64,000 bases of DNA from a bacterium. GTDB taxonomy: Bacteria; Hinthialibacterota; Hinthialibacteria; Hinthialibacterales; Hinthialibacteraceae. A program made the position numbers and the translations under genes. Location: positions 160,001-224,000 of the forward strand of contig CAXXMV010000002.1 in the NCBI GenBank assembly GCA_963662285.2, in the 5' to 3' direction. The notes beneath the pieces were generated by a model. The model was not told where the DNA came from, did not search any database, and saw only the letters and a list, made by a program, of their open reading frames with translations. Shown here in pieces: positions 1 through 10,291 of the stretch (position 1 is its first letter; each line of letters begins with the position of its first letter).

Positions 1-116
1 GTGATATATTAACTTTAAATCCAGTTTATTAACAATTTATACCAAGTTTTTAACAACATTTCAACTCAAGAACTTATGAGGATAGCATATATATACTAAG
101 AAGCGAAGTCGATAAG

Positions 117-145
117 TTGACACCAATGGATGTTTCTCTTATATT
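117..145 (+). promoter_or_regulatory. sigma70-type promoter for the pseudopilin gene
   Basis: TTGACA (117-122), 17-bp spacer, TATATT (140-145); GAGGA RBS before ATG at 194. Confidence 0.65.
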
Positions 146-193
146 TATGTTGTACGAAAGAATTTATCCTATTTCTAGAGGAAAGAGTAAAAA

Positions 194-970
194 ATGAAGA
201 AGCGTGGTTTTTCTTTAGTAGAATTACTTGTGGTAGTAGCAATCATAGGTATTTTATCAGTAATTCTCGTTCCAAATGTTAAAGAACAACTTCGAAGAGC
301 AAAAGTCGCCAAAACAAAAGCTCTTATTGGAAGTTTAAGTGTAGCTATAACAGCATATAAGACTGATTTTGGTAAATATCCGCCTAGTTATGATGCACAA
401 GCCCTCTTTCTAGCTCTTGTTGAAAAAGCAAAATTTCCATACGAGCCGGATTCAGATGAATATCGTTTGGTTGATAGAGGCGACAGCATCTATATTAATC
501 CAGATAGACCGGATGATAGAATTGAAAATCTTCTTCAAAATGCTGGAGTAAAAACGGGTTTTTTAAAAGCGCAAGAAGAAGAAAATGTTTTTGTAGATGC
601 CTGGGATAACCCTTTATATTTCATTACTTATGAAGAATATAACCCTGGCGGTAGGACGGATTTCAGAAAAATAAATAGCAGCAACTCATCTAACAGCAAT
701 GATAATGCCGCATGCGCTTATGAAATGCGTTCAGGAAAGCGTTACAAGCCATTTGCTCCAAGTTCATTTCAGCTGATTTCTTTTGGTCCTGATGGAACTT
801 CAATTACACCAAGCCGTTCTAATGGTGGTATTGGCTCCATGATAGACAGCGACAAAATTGATAATGATGAAGATGGTTTCTTCGATAATGAGGATCGCGT
901 CAGAGCTGGCGATAGAAGTAAGAATGATCCTGATGTTGTTGCGGAAGATGACATAACTAATTTTCAATAA
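194..970 (+). CDS. type II secretion/type IV pilin-like protein (GspG-like pseudopilin)
   Basis: Class III signal KRG|FSLVELLVVVAIIGIL; D(A)WDNP and SFGPDG motifs typical of GspG-like domains; Asp-rich C-terminus. Confidence 0.8.
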   Translation: MKKRGFSLVELLVVVAIIGILSVILVPNVKEQLRRAKVAKTKALIGSLSVAITAYKTDFGKYPPSYDAQALFLALVEKAKFPYEPDSDEYRLVDRGDSIYINPDRPDDRIENLLQNAGVKTGFLKAQEEENVFVDAWDNPLYFITYEEYNPGGRTDFRKINSSNSSNSNDNAACAYEMRSGKRYKPFAPSSFQLISFGPDGTSITPSRSNGGIGSMIDSDKIDNDEDGFFDNEDRVRAGDRSKNDPDVVAEDDITNFQ

Positions 971-996
971 AATTTTGGGTAAAAATGAAATTTCGT

Positions 997-1027
997 AAAG
1001 GGGAACGATTAATACCGTTCCCTTTTT
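997..1027 (+). terminator. intrinsic terminator
   Basis: AAAGGGGAACG...CGTTCCCTTTTT hairpin with U-tract after the stop codon. Confidence 0.75.
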
Positions 1028-1060
1028 GTTTTTATTTATTATGAAATTATTGGAATGTTC

Positions 1061-1158
1061 GGACGCCCACGAGGGGCGCATCCTATATGTTATGCTCAGG
1101 GTGATATTTAATCATAGGTGGTTTTCAAGGGTAGAAAGAACACTACCCTTGGCACCCG
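1061..1158. repeat. REP-like mosaic: family A (1061-1086) plus family B (1117-1158)
   Basis: GGACGCCCACGAGGGGCGCATCCTAT, then GGTGGTTTTCAAGGGTAG-loop-CTACCCTTGGCACCCG; both recur elsewhere in the window. Confidence 0.85.
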
Positions 1159-1251
1159 TCTGTGGGATAGTTATTTTGGTTACTTTACATTATTATTTAG
1201 ACAGATTGTTTGTTAGTATAAATATAAAAAAATTAATTTAAGGAAAAATAA

Positions 1252-3444
1252 ATGAAAAAATTCTTGAAGTATTATTGTATAGATTTCGTTTTGGTTTGTT
1301 GTTTTCTTATAAGCGGTGTTTATTGTTATGCATCAATTGATCCGGTTTATCCTGTTCCATCCAAGCAGCAGATTGAGTGGCAGAAATTAGAATATATATT
1401 CTTTGCTCATTTTGGAGTTAATACATTTACTAATAGAGAATGGGGCGACGGAACGGAGGATCCTAAGATTTTTAATCCTTCTCAGTTTGACGGTCGTCAA
1501 TGGGCTAAAGCTGCTAAAGATGCCGGGGCAAAGTTGCTTATACTGACCTGCAAGCATCATGATGGTTTCTGTTTGTGGCCTAGCGAATATACCGAGCATT
1601 CAGTTAAAAACAGCCCTTGGAAAAATGGTAAGGGCGATATTGTTAAAGAAGTTGCTGAGGCTTGCCGTGAGTTTGGTATAAAATTCGGTGTTTATCTTTC
1701 CCCCTGGGATCGCAACAACAAGAGTTATGGCGACTCTCCGGTTTATAACCAATATTTTTTAAATCAACTGACGGAACTTTTAACCTATTATGGTGAAATT
1801 ACTGAAGTATGGTTCGATGGCGCCTGCGGCGAGGGGCCAAATGGGAAACGTCAGGTTTATGATTTTAACGCTTATTATGAATTGATAAGAAAATTACAGC
1901 CCAATGCCATGATTGCTATTATGGGACCGGATATCAGGTGGGTGGGTAATGAATCGGGCGTCGCCGGTGAAAGCGAGTGGAGCGTTCAGCCCGTCTCTCC
2001 TGAAGGAAAAAATGATCCAAGGGTTATCTTTAATCCTACATTAAAAGAAGGGATAACAAATTTTCTTCCCAAAACGGATGAAAAGGATATTGCATTTTCT
2101 CATCTTTCTTTGAAGGATGAATCAGCTAAAACGGCTGATCTTATATGGTATCCTGCAGAGACCGATGTTTCGATTCGACCGGGATGGTTTTATCACTCAT
2201 CGCAAGATGAAAAAGTAAAATCTCTGGAACATTTAATAAAAATATATTTTGAATCGGTGGGACGCAACAGTTTGCTGTTATTGAATATTCCACCGGATCA
2301 GCGCGGTCTGTTTCATGAGAATGACGTCAACCGTTTGAAAGAATTGAAAAAGTATCTGGATTGCACTTTCAAAGAGGACATAGCTCTGGGCGCCTCAGGC
2401 GAATCTAAAAATTCGGTTGAGGAACATGGCGTTGATAAAATGGTTGATGGGGATGATTCTACTTATTTGGCTTCTCTCAATGCTTCTCCGGAGGCCTCTT
2501 TTGAAATTGATCTTGGAAAGACTAAAGTATTCGATGTAATTTTGTTGCGTGAACCGATTGAGATTGGTCAGCGGGTGGCAGAGTTTGAGATTGACGTTAT
2601 GGATAATGGTTCATGGCGCCTTTTATCCAAGGGAAAGACTATTGGGTATAAACAACTGGTTCGACTGCCGGTAACGACAGCGCAAAAAATCCGGGTTAGG
2701 TTTTTGAAATCACGCGGCGTACCTGCTATTAGTCAGTTTTCGGTTTATAAGAAGCCTCCAGTTGTAATGGTTAATTCAATGGGCGCCTCGTTTGAGAATG
2801 AAATTTCTATAATGTTGAATTCTGACATTGATTCCAAAAAGATATATTATACTTTGGATGGCAGCGAGCCAACGGTTGATTCAACCTTATACCAGGGTCC
2901 CTTCAAAATTTCTGAAACTACTGTTCTTAAAGCTATCGCCCAAGATGGATTGTTAGTTACTACGGATAAATTTGAACGTATTAATTTATTGCCAGAGGTA
3001 AAGATTGAAAAAGTTAAAGAAGGTCTGGCTTACATATATTATGAGGGCGGCTGGCAAACGCTTGATAATATGCCTCAGGCCAAAGTTGTCAGTGAAGGTT
3101 CGGTTGATAATTTTGTTTTGATTAACCGCAAAAGGGATAGTCATTTTGCTTTTGAATTCAATGGTTATTTTTCCGCGCCAGCTGATGGCGCGTATACCTT
3201 TTATCTAAGTTCTGATGATGGAACGCGGTTATTTTTGCATGACTCTCTTCTTATAGAAAATGATGGTTTACATGGCATGTCGGATAAGAGAGGAAATGTT
3301 GGTTTGAAAAAAGGATTGCATCCAATTAAGTTGCAGTATTTCAATGCTACAGGTGATTTTGGATTGGAATTGTATGTTGAAGGGCCTGGGGTTGAAAAGA
3401 TGATTGTTCCGAAAACGTTGTTGAGGTGTTTGGATATTAAGTGA
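1252..3444 (+). CDS. alpha-L-fucosidase (GH29) with F5/8-type, Fn3-associated and PA14 domains; secreted
   Basis: HFGVNTF, KHHDGFCLW, YLSPWD, EVWFDGA and DVSIRPGWFYH motifs; YYTLDGSEP; SDDG (PA14). Confidence 0.93.
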   Translation: MKKFLKYYCIDFVLVCCFLISGVYCYASIDPVYPVPSKQQIEWQKLEYIFFAHFGVNTFTNREWGDGTEDPKIFNPSQFDGRQWAKAAKDAGAKLLILTCKHHDGFCLWPSEYTEHSVKNSPWKNGKGDIVKEVAEACREFGIKFGVYLSPWDRNNKSYGDSPVYNQYFLNQLTELLTYYGEITEVWFDGACGEGPNGKRQVYDFNAYYELIRKLQPNAMIAIMGPDIRWVGNESGVAGESEWSVQPVSPEGKNDPRVIFNPTLKEGITNFLPKTDEKDIAFSHLSLKDESAKTADLIWYPAETDVSIRPGWFYHSSQDEKVKSLEHLIKIYFESVGRNSLLLLNIPPDQRGLFHENDVNRLKELKKYLDCTFKEDIALGASGESKNSVEEHGVDKMVDGDDSTYLASLNASPEASFEIDLGKTKVFDVILLREPIEIGQRVAEFEIDVMDNGSWRLLSKGKTIGYKQLVRLPVTTAQKIRVRFLKSRGVPAISQFSVYKKPPVVMVNSMGASFENEISIMLNSDIDSKKIYYTLDGSEPTVDSTLYQGPFKISETTVLKAIAQDGLLVTTDKFERINLLPEVKIEKVKEGLAYIYYEGGWQTLDNMPQAKVVSEGSVDNFVLINRKRDSHFAFEFNGYFSAPADGAYTFYLSSDDGTRLFLHDSLLIENDGLHGMSDKRGNVGLKKGLHPIKLQYFNATGDFGLELYVEGPGVEKMIVPKTLLRCLDIK

Positions 3445-3463
3445 TTATGTTTTTGTTATGTTC

Positions 3464-3696
3464 GGGCGCCAACAAGGGGCGCACCCTACGTGTTTAGATG
3501 ACCCGTGAGTGGTTTTCAAGGGCAGAAAGGACACTGCCCTTGGCACCCGTACTTGGTATCCGTGCTTTTGTGATCGCTCTCTGAGGTATTTGATTATACG
3601 GGCGCCCACAAGGGGCGTGCCCGACGTGTTTATTCTGAAGTGGGGTTTGTGGGTGTTTTTTTTAATTTTCCCCTCACCCTCTCCCGTGGGGAGAGG
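3464..3696. repeat. REP-like mosaic: A (3464-3489), B (3509-3549), A (3600-3625), D (3670-3696)
   Basis: Four hairpin units matching copies elsewhere in the window. Confidence 0.85.
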
Positions 3697-3784
3697 AGAC
3701 AGGTATGCATTGGTGGTTTATTATTCTATTTCTCTTCTTGGGAGAGATGTGAATTTTTATAGGTTTTTTGAAAGGAATTATCTC

Positions 3785-5071
3785 GTGTCGAAATCTAAAG
3801 TCGCTATTGTTCGCACTACTCCCCGCACAGTCCTGGAGGATTATCATAAACTGCTTAATTTAGCTGATTATCAGGATGTTGTGTCTAAAGAAGCTGATAC
3901 CGGGCTTAAGATAAATATCAGCTGGCATTTCTTTTATCCGGGCTGCTCTACTACGCCCTGGCAATTGGATGGCGTTATACAGGCCATGAAGAAAGACGGT
4001 TATGATCCCGATCTGATACATGGTTGTCATAATAGAACGGTTGTTATTGATTCACATTTCGGCGAAAGGGAAAACAAGCAGATCAATGTTATTGAAAAAC
4101 ACGGTTTGCGTAACGTTCATCTCTATGAAGGCGAAGAGTGGATCAATGTCCGTGATGCGGTCGGCGATTTAGCCGATGAATTTATTTGTCTTAATGATGT
4201 GTTTCCCAAGGGATTTTCGATTCCCAAGAGGTTTATTGGAGAGAACATCATTCACCTGCCAACTGTGAAGACTCATGTGTTTACCACTACCACCGGCGCC
4301 ATGAAGAACGCTTTCGGCGGTTTGCTGAATGAGCACCGGCATTGGACTCATCCGGTTATACATGAAACATTGGTAGACCTTTTGATGATTCAGAAGAAAA
4401 TTCATAAGGGATTGTTCGCAGTTATGGATGGAACTTTCGCCGGCGACGGACCCGGTCCTAGATGCATGATTCCTCATGTTAAAAATGTATTGCTGGCTTC
4501 ATCCGACCAGGTGGCGATTGACGCTGTGGCCGCCAAGCTTATGGGATTTGATCCACTGAGCGATATGAAATTCATACGTCTTGCCCATGAAAGAGGATTG
4601 GGCTGCGGCGACGTCAATGAGATTGAGATCGTCGGTGATGTTGATATAAAGAAAGAGAATTGGAATTTTGAAGGACCATACAAACACATTACCTTTGCAG
4701 CGCGGATGCAGCATCAAATCTATTGGGGCAAACTGAAATCATTTATTGAATGGTCGCTGAAAACATGGATGGCGCCTTGGGCGTATATCGCCAGCGTTGT
4801 TTATCATGACATGTATTGGTATCCCAGGAACGGCAACCGCCGGGTTCATGAAGCCTTGAAGAGTGAATGGGGGCGTTTATTCCATAACTGGGATGATGTC
4901 GAACCGGATGAAAAAGGTTGGGCTGATGTGGGCGAGGGGCCGCCAAGTTTTGTTCGTTCGACTGGCGGGCTGGTGCTTAAGAGTTTTAAGATTCTGTGGG
5001 AATGCATTAAAGAGGCGCCGGAGTTTTCTTTTCGGAAAAAACCTTTGAATAAAGAGGCGCCGAAGAAGTAG
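3785..5071 (+). CDS. DUF362-family (Fe-S cluster-associated) protein
   Basis: LPTVKTH...TGAMKN.FG, GDGPGP and DQVAIDAVAAKLMGFDP motifs. The start is probably GTG at 3785 after AAAGGA; the longer ORF-track N-terminus runs through repeats. Confidence 0.8.
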   Translation: MSKSKVAIVRTTPRTVLEDYHKLLNLADYQDVVSKEADTGLKINISWHFFYPGCSTTPWQLDGVIQAMKKDGYDPDLIHGCHNRTVVIDSHFGERENKQINVIEKHGLRNVHLYEGEEWINVRDAVGDLADEFICLNDVFPKGFSIPKRFIGENIIHLPTVKTHVFTTTTGAMKNAFGGLLNEHRHWTHPVIHETLVDLLMIQKKIHKGLFAVMDGTFAGDGPGPRCMIPHVKNVLLASSDQVAIDAVAAKLMGFDPLSDMKFIRLAHERGLGCGDVNEIEIVGDVDIKKENWNFEGPYKHITFAARMQHQIYWGKLKSFIEWSLKTWMAPWAYIASVVYHDMYWYPRNGNRRVHEALKSEWGRLFHNWDDVEPDEKGWADVGEGPPSFVRSTGGLVLKSFKILWECIKEAPEFSFRKKPLNKEAPKK

Positions 5072-5100
5072 TGGTTTTGTTTTGGGTTGTTGATTGGTTC

Positions 5101-5183
5101 GGGCGCCCACGAGGGGCGCGCCCTACTTGTGATGATAAGACGTAGGTGGTTTTGGTGGGCCGGTGAGGCGTGATCCATCCTAC
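5101..5183. repeat. REP-like mosaic: A (5101-5126) plus C (5154-5183)
   Basis: GGGCGCCCACGAGGGGCGCGCCCTAC and GGTGGGCC...GATCCATCCTAC between convergent genes. Confidence 0.8.
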
Positions 5184-6499
5184 GCCGAAAGATGGGCGAC
5201 CATTTCTACGTGGGCGGTTTGGGGGAACTGGTCGAATAGTTTTACTGAGTTTATCTGATATTTCTCTTGTAGTTCTGTGATGTCTTCTATGCCTTTGTTG
5301 GGATTGCAGGAGACGTATATCAGGTCGGAGAATGGTTCGTTGCGTAGTTGTTTGATCACTTGAGGGTGCAGGCCGGTTCTGGGTGGATCGATGAGGATGG
5401 TTTTGTATTCTTCCCGATTAGGCCATTCGATTTTTTCGGCGTCCATACAGCTGAACTCTATTGATGGGTTGTCGTTGTTTTCTTCTGCAATACGAATTGC
5501 TTCAGGGTTGTTTTCTATTCCCAGAATTTTGTCGAAGGCGTCGGCCAGGGTTATGGAGAATAGACCGATTCCGCAATATAAATCTATCAGGTTATTTTTA
5601 TCCTTTATTTCTGTAGTGATCTGCTTTATGTATTCGACCATCTTTACTGCTACCGCTGGATTGGGTTGGAAGAAGGATCGCGGGCCAACGTGAAAGGTAT
5701 TTTGGGATATCTTCTCGCGGTAGTATTTTTCTCCCCATAGGTGGCGTGGGCGACCGTCGGATTGATCGTTTTCCAGGTTATCGTTGATCAGTTGATATAC
5801 GCTGGTTACGTTTTCCAATCCTTCATATAGAGATGGTGGAATTGTCATGTCGTCGGATACGAATGACAGCATTATGTCTCCGGTGAAGATTCCATTTCTA
5901 ATGACAAGGTAGCGCAGGCCGCGTTTTTTCATTTTGCCGTCGCGGAAAGGCAAGCCTGATGCTTGAACGCGCTGGTTAACTTGGAGGGCGACGTCCATTA
6001 CTGCTTTGGGAGGTAAATGGCATTCCTGCAGGTCTACTATGGAATACCACTTGCCACGCTGGCGCAGGCCGAATTTGCCGTCGTACCACCAGATGAAATC
6101 CATGCGGTTACGGTATGCATAGGGGGCTTCTGATGCTATTTGGATGGATGATAGATCGATGGAAAATCCCGCTGCGGCGAAACGTTGGGCGACTCTGGCG
6201 CGTTTTAATTCTAATTGGCGTCTGTAATCTATATGCTGCCAGACGCAGCCTCCACATTCTCCGAAATGTTGGCATCGGGGATCGGTGCGGTGCGGGGATG
6301 GTTCAATTACTTGCAGCAGGCGAGCGTCTTTGCGGCGCAGGCGTTCGGCTTCGACCAGTTCGCCGGGGATGGTGTATGGTACGGTTAAGGTTCCACCTGT
6401 GTCGGATAGGCCCGTACCGATTCCTTTTTTGTTCAGGGTTTTTATTTGTACGGTGCGAATTTTGGGGGGAGTTTTATCGGATTTTGATATATTATTCAT
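5180..6499 (-). CDS. TrmA/RlmD-family RNA (uracil-5)-methyltransferase
   Basis: CQHFGECGGC Fe-S motif, SFFQPN, DLYCGIG, DPPR, YVSCNP, DQFPQTAHVE. Confidence 0.9.
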   Translation of the reverse strand: MNNISKSDKTPPKIRTVQIKTLNKKGIGTGLSDTGGTLTVPYTIPGELVEAERLRRKDARLLQVIEPSPHRTDPRCQHFGECGGCVWQHIDYRRQLELKRARVAQRFAAAGFSIDLSSIQIASEAPYAYRNRMDFIWWYDGKFGLRQRGKWYSIVDLQECHLPPKAVMDVALQVNQRVQASGLPFRDGKMKKRGLRYLVIRNGIFTGDIMLSFVSDDMTIPPSLYEGLENVTSVYQLINDNLENDQSDGRPRHLWGEKYYREKISQNTFHVGPRSFFQPNPAVAVKMVEYIKQITTEIKDKNNLIDLYCGIGLFSITLADAFDKILGIENNPEAIRIAEENNDNPSIEFSCMDAEKIEWPNREEYKTILIDPPRTGLHPQVIKQLRNEPFSDLIYVSCNPNKGIEDITELQEKYQINSVKLFDQFPQTAHVEMVAHLSA

Positions 6500-6601
6500 A
6501 ACTTTTCATTTTTCTTGTTGCATGAATATGCAAGAGGGTGACAAATCGTATAGTTTACGGCACTATAATTTATTATTTCTACAAAAAAGAGTTTATAAAA
6601 T

Positions 6602-7855
6602 ATGATTTTATCAGGAATTTTTCATTCAGAAGATACTAAACAGCGGATTTTGACTGTTGCGGCTGTTTTATTATCTATTATTTATTTTTTCGTGGCTGCG
6701 GGTCGGTTTAGCGGTTCGGTGATTGGCATCTCTTTTTCGACCGGATACGACGCGTTTAAGCTGATTCCTCTGCCGTTTGTGTTTTGGATTTTCTACAGAA
6801 TTAAATATGATGACCGACCCTGGAAGGCGCCTGCGTTGCTCGTTCCGCTTATAACCCTGTGTTTGATCTCGCTGGTTTCGGGGATTGCTTCGCCTGATAG
6901 TTGGCAGGCTTTGGCCGATTCTTTGGAGATATTGTTTTATATCTTTCTCTTTGTGATGTTGATCGATTTTCCCTGGAATGAACGATTTTTGAAGATAGCG
7001 GCGGGTGGATTTATTTTAGGCAATTTGTATTTAATCAGCGTGGTGTTTAAGCAATATTTTTCGGCGGACGCTGCATCCGGCTTGATACGGGTCAGCGGGA
7101 CCTTTACTCATCCCAATACGCTTGGGCCATACTGCATTTTTGGAATGACGCTTTTGCTATGGCTGGTGGGCAACCTGCGTAACCGGACGGATTTAATCTG
7201 GACGTGGATTTCCATCGGTGGATTGTTCGTGGCTCTGCTGCTTTGCCAGTCGAGGACGACATTGATCGGTTTAGTTGTGTGGTTATTAGTTATCTATTGG
7301 TATGGAACGCCCCGTGTTAGAAGGGTGATAATTTCATTTTTTATTGCGGCATTCGTCTTATCTCTCTTTCTAACCCCGCAGATTTATGGCCGATTTTTCA
7401 GTTTGTTGGGCGAGATTCAGGACGAAAGTGGAGCTAACCGGATTTTGATCTGGTGCGGGATAATGCAGTCGGAGATGCCTACGCTATCTCCATTCGGGGT
7501 GGGGATGGGTCCAGTGGCTACGGTGCGTTTCGGGGACTGGATCGCTTCCAGTCCTGATGGGCCGCCGTTAGCGAGGGCCTGGGGGCCTCATAACGCATAC
7601 TTGGCCTGGCTGGTTGGCGCCGGGCTGATGGGGATGTGTTGTTTGATATGGCTGTTTTGCAGCGCTTTGAGGCGGCTAAAGAATTGCGACCAATATAATA
7701 AGGGAATATTGTCGGCGGGGATTGCGGCTTTGCTGGTAATTTGCCTTTACCAGGACCCATTGATGAGCAGTAATATCCCCATTGTCTGGATAACCATGCT
7801 GGCCATTATCGATAGGATCATGATTGACCGGGGAGAGGGGGAAGACATAGCATGA
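6602..7855 (+). CDS. O-antigen ligase-family (Wzy_C) membrane protein
   Basis: Multi-TM protein with RVSGTFTHPN, QSRT, R..IW, GVGMG and HNAYL motifs. Confidence 0.8.
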   Translation: MILSGIFHSEDTKQRILTVAAVLLSIIYFFVAAGRFSGSVIGISFSTGYDAFKLIPLPFVFWIFYRIKYDDRPWKAPALLVPLITLCLISLVSGIASPDSWQALADSLEILFYIFLFVMLIDFPWNERFLKIAAGGFILGNLYLISVVFKQYFSADAASGLIRVSGTFTHPNTLGPYCIFGMTLLLWLVGNLRNRTDLIWTWISIGGLFVALLLCQSRTTLIGLVVWLLVIYWYGTPRVRRVIISFFIAAFVLSLFLTPQIYGRFFSLLGEIQDESGANRILIWCGIMQSEMPTLSPFGVGMGPVATVRFGDWIASSPDGPPLARAWGPHNAYLAWLVGAGLMGMCCLIWLFCSALRRLKNCDQYNKGILSAGIAALLVICLYQDPLMSSNIPIVWITMLAIIDRIMIDRGEGEDIA

Positions 7856-9663
7856 AGCGTTTTCACCTGATTCCTGTTTTGATAATTTTCATCGGCGGCG
7901 CCTTGGCGGCATCCCATAATTGGTTATGGGCCAAGGGATTTATGGCGCTTTGGTTGTTGATTTTTGCGTTTAACTTCCTTCCGGTTAATCGTATAACCAC
8001 GCCGTTGCGGTCTATTTTGATATTCGTTACTCTGGCTTCATCTATCAGCGGCCTGGGCATAATGTTTTTTCCATCGGTTTACTCATTTCTAGTGATTCTT
8101 TTTTGGCTTGGAACGCTGGTTTATTTATTAAAGTTTGCGCGTGATGAAGATTTAGATATAGAAGCGGATGATGTTATTTATTGGCCGTTAAAAAAGCATG
8201 TAATTTGGCTGCTGTTTAGTTTTGGAGTAGGCGCCTTGGTTGCGCATAAGGTGTTCGGCTTAATCTCGGGGCAGCCCTGCGTGATAGCCTGGTGGACTCC
8301 TGTCGCCTGGTCGGCTTTGGGTATTATGGTTAGCTATCCTCGCAGCATCGGGGTTGTGCCTGTTATATATAATAAACGTCTCTTTCCCTGGGGATTGCTT
8401 ATACTAGCCGTCGGTATTTTTAGTTTTCATGTATATATCCATTTAATCTTAAAGCTAAATTTGGAAATGCATAAGAAAACCTTATTTAAGAATGAGATGC
8501 CTTCAGTTGAATCAATAAGAGATAAAGCTATTAAAAAAGGCTACATTGAAACCGGGATTACTTACGCATTGATTGAAACACAACTGATATTTGAAAAACA
8601 TGGCTGGGAAAAAGCGGCGGTTTATCATCGCAGCATTTGGGGCCAGATAGATAAAGAGCGGCTGGCTCGTGCTTTCCGTGAAGGTTCTGCGCTTAAGGAT
8701 AATTACTTTCTGTTTACCGTCTGTTATGGCTGCAACCTGATTTTGGCGTCTGATGAAGAGGCGGTGGATTTTGGCGTTTTGGCTGAAGAAGAGGCTTTTT
8801 TAGTGCTGACTTCCAAGGGACGGTTGCTTCGGTTGGGGACTGATGGAATGCAATGCATTATGCAGGATATAGAAAAACCTGCGGCAATTGCATTTACTGA
8901 GGATAACCAGAGCGTCGCGGTTCTTTCGTCGGATGGGAATATCCGCGTAATTACTTCTGGTCAGGACGTGTTGGATATTTTGGTTGCTTCTGATTTAACA
9001 TGGAATGATATTTCGTTTAATCAGCAGGGCGATGCTATTTGGGCGCTTAATGGAAGCGGCGGGATTGCGCAATACGCCTATTCTGATAGCGCGGGCATCC
9101 GTGGCGAAAGCATTGCTTTGCATCCTCCTCTGTGGGGAGAGCCGGATGTGGCGCGCTCATTCGCTCCGGTTAGAGATGGCGAGGCCTTTTTGTTGTTGGA
9201 TAAGGCTGGAGGGATTCATTGGCGATCCGCGACGCCTCTGGCTGATGATAACCCAACCAGGAAACAGCTGTTAAAGTATTATAATCCCAACCGTATGCTG
9301 GCGGCGGCGGTTGATTATTGGGCGCCGGAAGAAGCGGTTATGTTTATGGAGCAGACGGGCAGGACGATGTTTACGCCTATCGCTGGTTTGATGAATCCCG
9401 CTGAGACTTTGGATGATGTGATGTCTGAAACAGAAGAAGAAAAGACTCCGGTTAGCGGGTTGATTTATTTTAGCCAGGAACAGAGTTCTTGGATCAGGAA
9501 GATTGAAACGGTCTCTATGGCGCCGTTGCCTCAGGTGAATACATTGTTTCAGCTGCGGCGTAATGGAACTATCCAGGCTATCGCTATGCCGCAGAGGCAT
9601 CATATCCGCATTCCCCATGAGAAGTATTTGAATATTGATGTGGGTAATTGTTTGGTGGAATAA
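7852..9663 (+). CDS. membrane protein with a C-terminal beta-propeller-like domain
   Basis: Several N-terminal TM segments followed by repeated beta-blade-like segments; 4-bp overlap with the upstream gene. Confidence 0.55.
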   Translation: MKRFHLIPVLIIFIGGALAASHNWLWAKGFMALWLLIFAFNFLPVNRITTPLRSILIFVTLASSISGLGIMFFPSVYSFLVILFWLGTLVYLLKFARDEDLDIEADDVIYWPLKKHVIWLLFSFGVGALVAHKVFGLISGQPCVIAWWTPVAWSALGIMVSYPRSIGVVPVIYNKRLFPWGLLILAVGIFSFHVYIHLILKLNLEMHKKTLFKNEMPSVESIRDKAIKKGYIETGITYALIETQLIFEKHGWEKAAVYHRSIWGQIDKERLARAFREGSALKDNYFLFTVCYGCNLILASDEEAVDFGVLAEEEAFLVLTSKGRLLRLGTDGMQCIMQDIEKPAAIAFTEDNQSVAVLSSDGNIRVITSGQDVLDILVASDLTWNDISFNQQGDAIWALNGSGGIAQYAYSDSAGIRGESIALHPPLWGEPDVARSFAPVRDGEAFLLLDKAGGIHWRSATPLADDNPTRKQLLKYYNPNRMLAAAVDYWAPEEAVMFMEQTGRTMFTPIAGLMNPAETLDDVMSETEEEKTPVSGLIYFSQEQSSWIRKIETVSMAPLPQVNTLFQLRRNGTIQAIAMPQRHHIRIPHEKYLNIDVGNCLVE

Positions 9664-9694
9664 TTTTGGTTGTCCGGTGGTTGTTGGTAATTTT

Positions 9695-9720
9695 GGGCGC
9701 CCACGAGGGGCGCACCCTAC
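9695..9720. repeat. REP-like family A
   Basis: GGGCGCCCACGAGGGGCGCACCCTAC (GTAG-tagged palindrome on the minus strand). Confidence 0.88.
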
Positions 9721-9853
9721 TTGTGATGCTAGAGTATTTATCATAATAATATTCTGATTGGGAGTGATGCGGTGGGCTAAGAAAAAAGCACTTGCTAAAC
9801 TCGTGCCCCAAACATAGACTATCTATATCCAAGAGCCGCATGAGAGGTCTACC

Positions 9854-10069
9854 ATGCTACGATTCAGAGTTTTTATTGAACAGGATGAAGACGGCATTTT
9901 CGTCGCGGAAGCCCCAAATCTTCCAGGCTGCATCAGCCAGGGAAGCACCAGGCAGGAAGCCTTGATTAACATCAAGGAGGCAATGCAAGGCTATATCGAA
10001 AGCCTCAAGAAACACGACGAGCCAATCCCTTTACCGATCAGCGAGGAATTGGTCGAAATTGATACCTAA
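9854..10069 (+). CDS. hicB: HicB-family antitoxin (short form)
   Basis: EQDEDG.FVAE.P.LPGCISQGST..EAL.NIKEA. Confidence 0.9.
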   Translation: MLRFRVFIEQDEDGIFVAEAPNLPGCISQGSTRQEALINIKEAMQGYIESLKKHDEPIPLPISEELVEIDT

Positions 10070-10286
10070 ACTCCCGGTCATCTCAGGCCATGATGCTGTT
10101 CAAGCCCTATCCAAAATTGGCTACGCGCCAGACCACCAGACAGGAAGTCACGTCATCCTTCGTCGCAAAGAGCCGCCTTATCGTAGACTCACCATTCCAA
10201 ACCATAAGGAACTTGCCAAGGGAACTCTACGCGCAATTATTAGACAAAGTGGTTTGTCACCAGAAGAATTCATTATTCTTCTTTGA
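10059..10286 (+). CDS. hicA: HicA-family toxin
   Basis: KLPVISG...GSH...TIPNHKELAKGTLRAIIRQ; overlaps hicB. Confidence 0.9.
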   Translation: MIPKLPVISGHDAVQALSKIGYAPDHQTGSHVILRRKEPPYRRLTIPNHKELAKGTLRAIIRQSGLSPEEFIILL

Positions 10287-10291
10287 TCGTA

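Noticed and set aside
3509-3784. N-terminal extension of the DUF362 ORF and other repeat-derived ORFs (1026-1241, 10090-10425, 26309-26641, 33639-34051)
   Set aside because: The recurring peptides (WFSRVE.TLPLAP, RAPTRG, RWVIKRDPP) are translations of the hairpin repeats, not genes.
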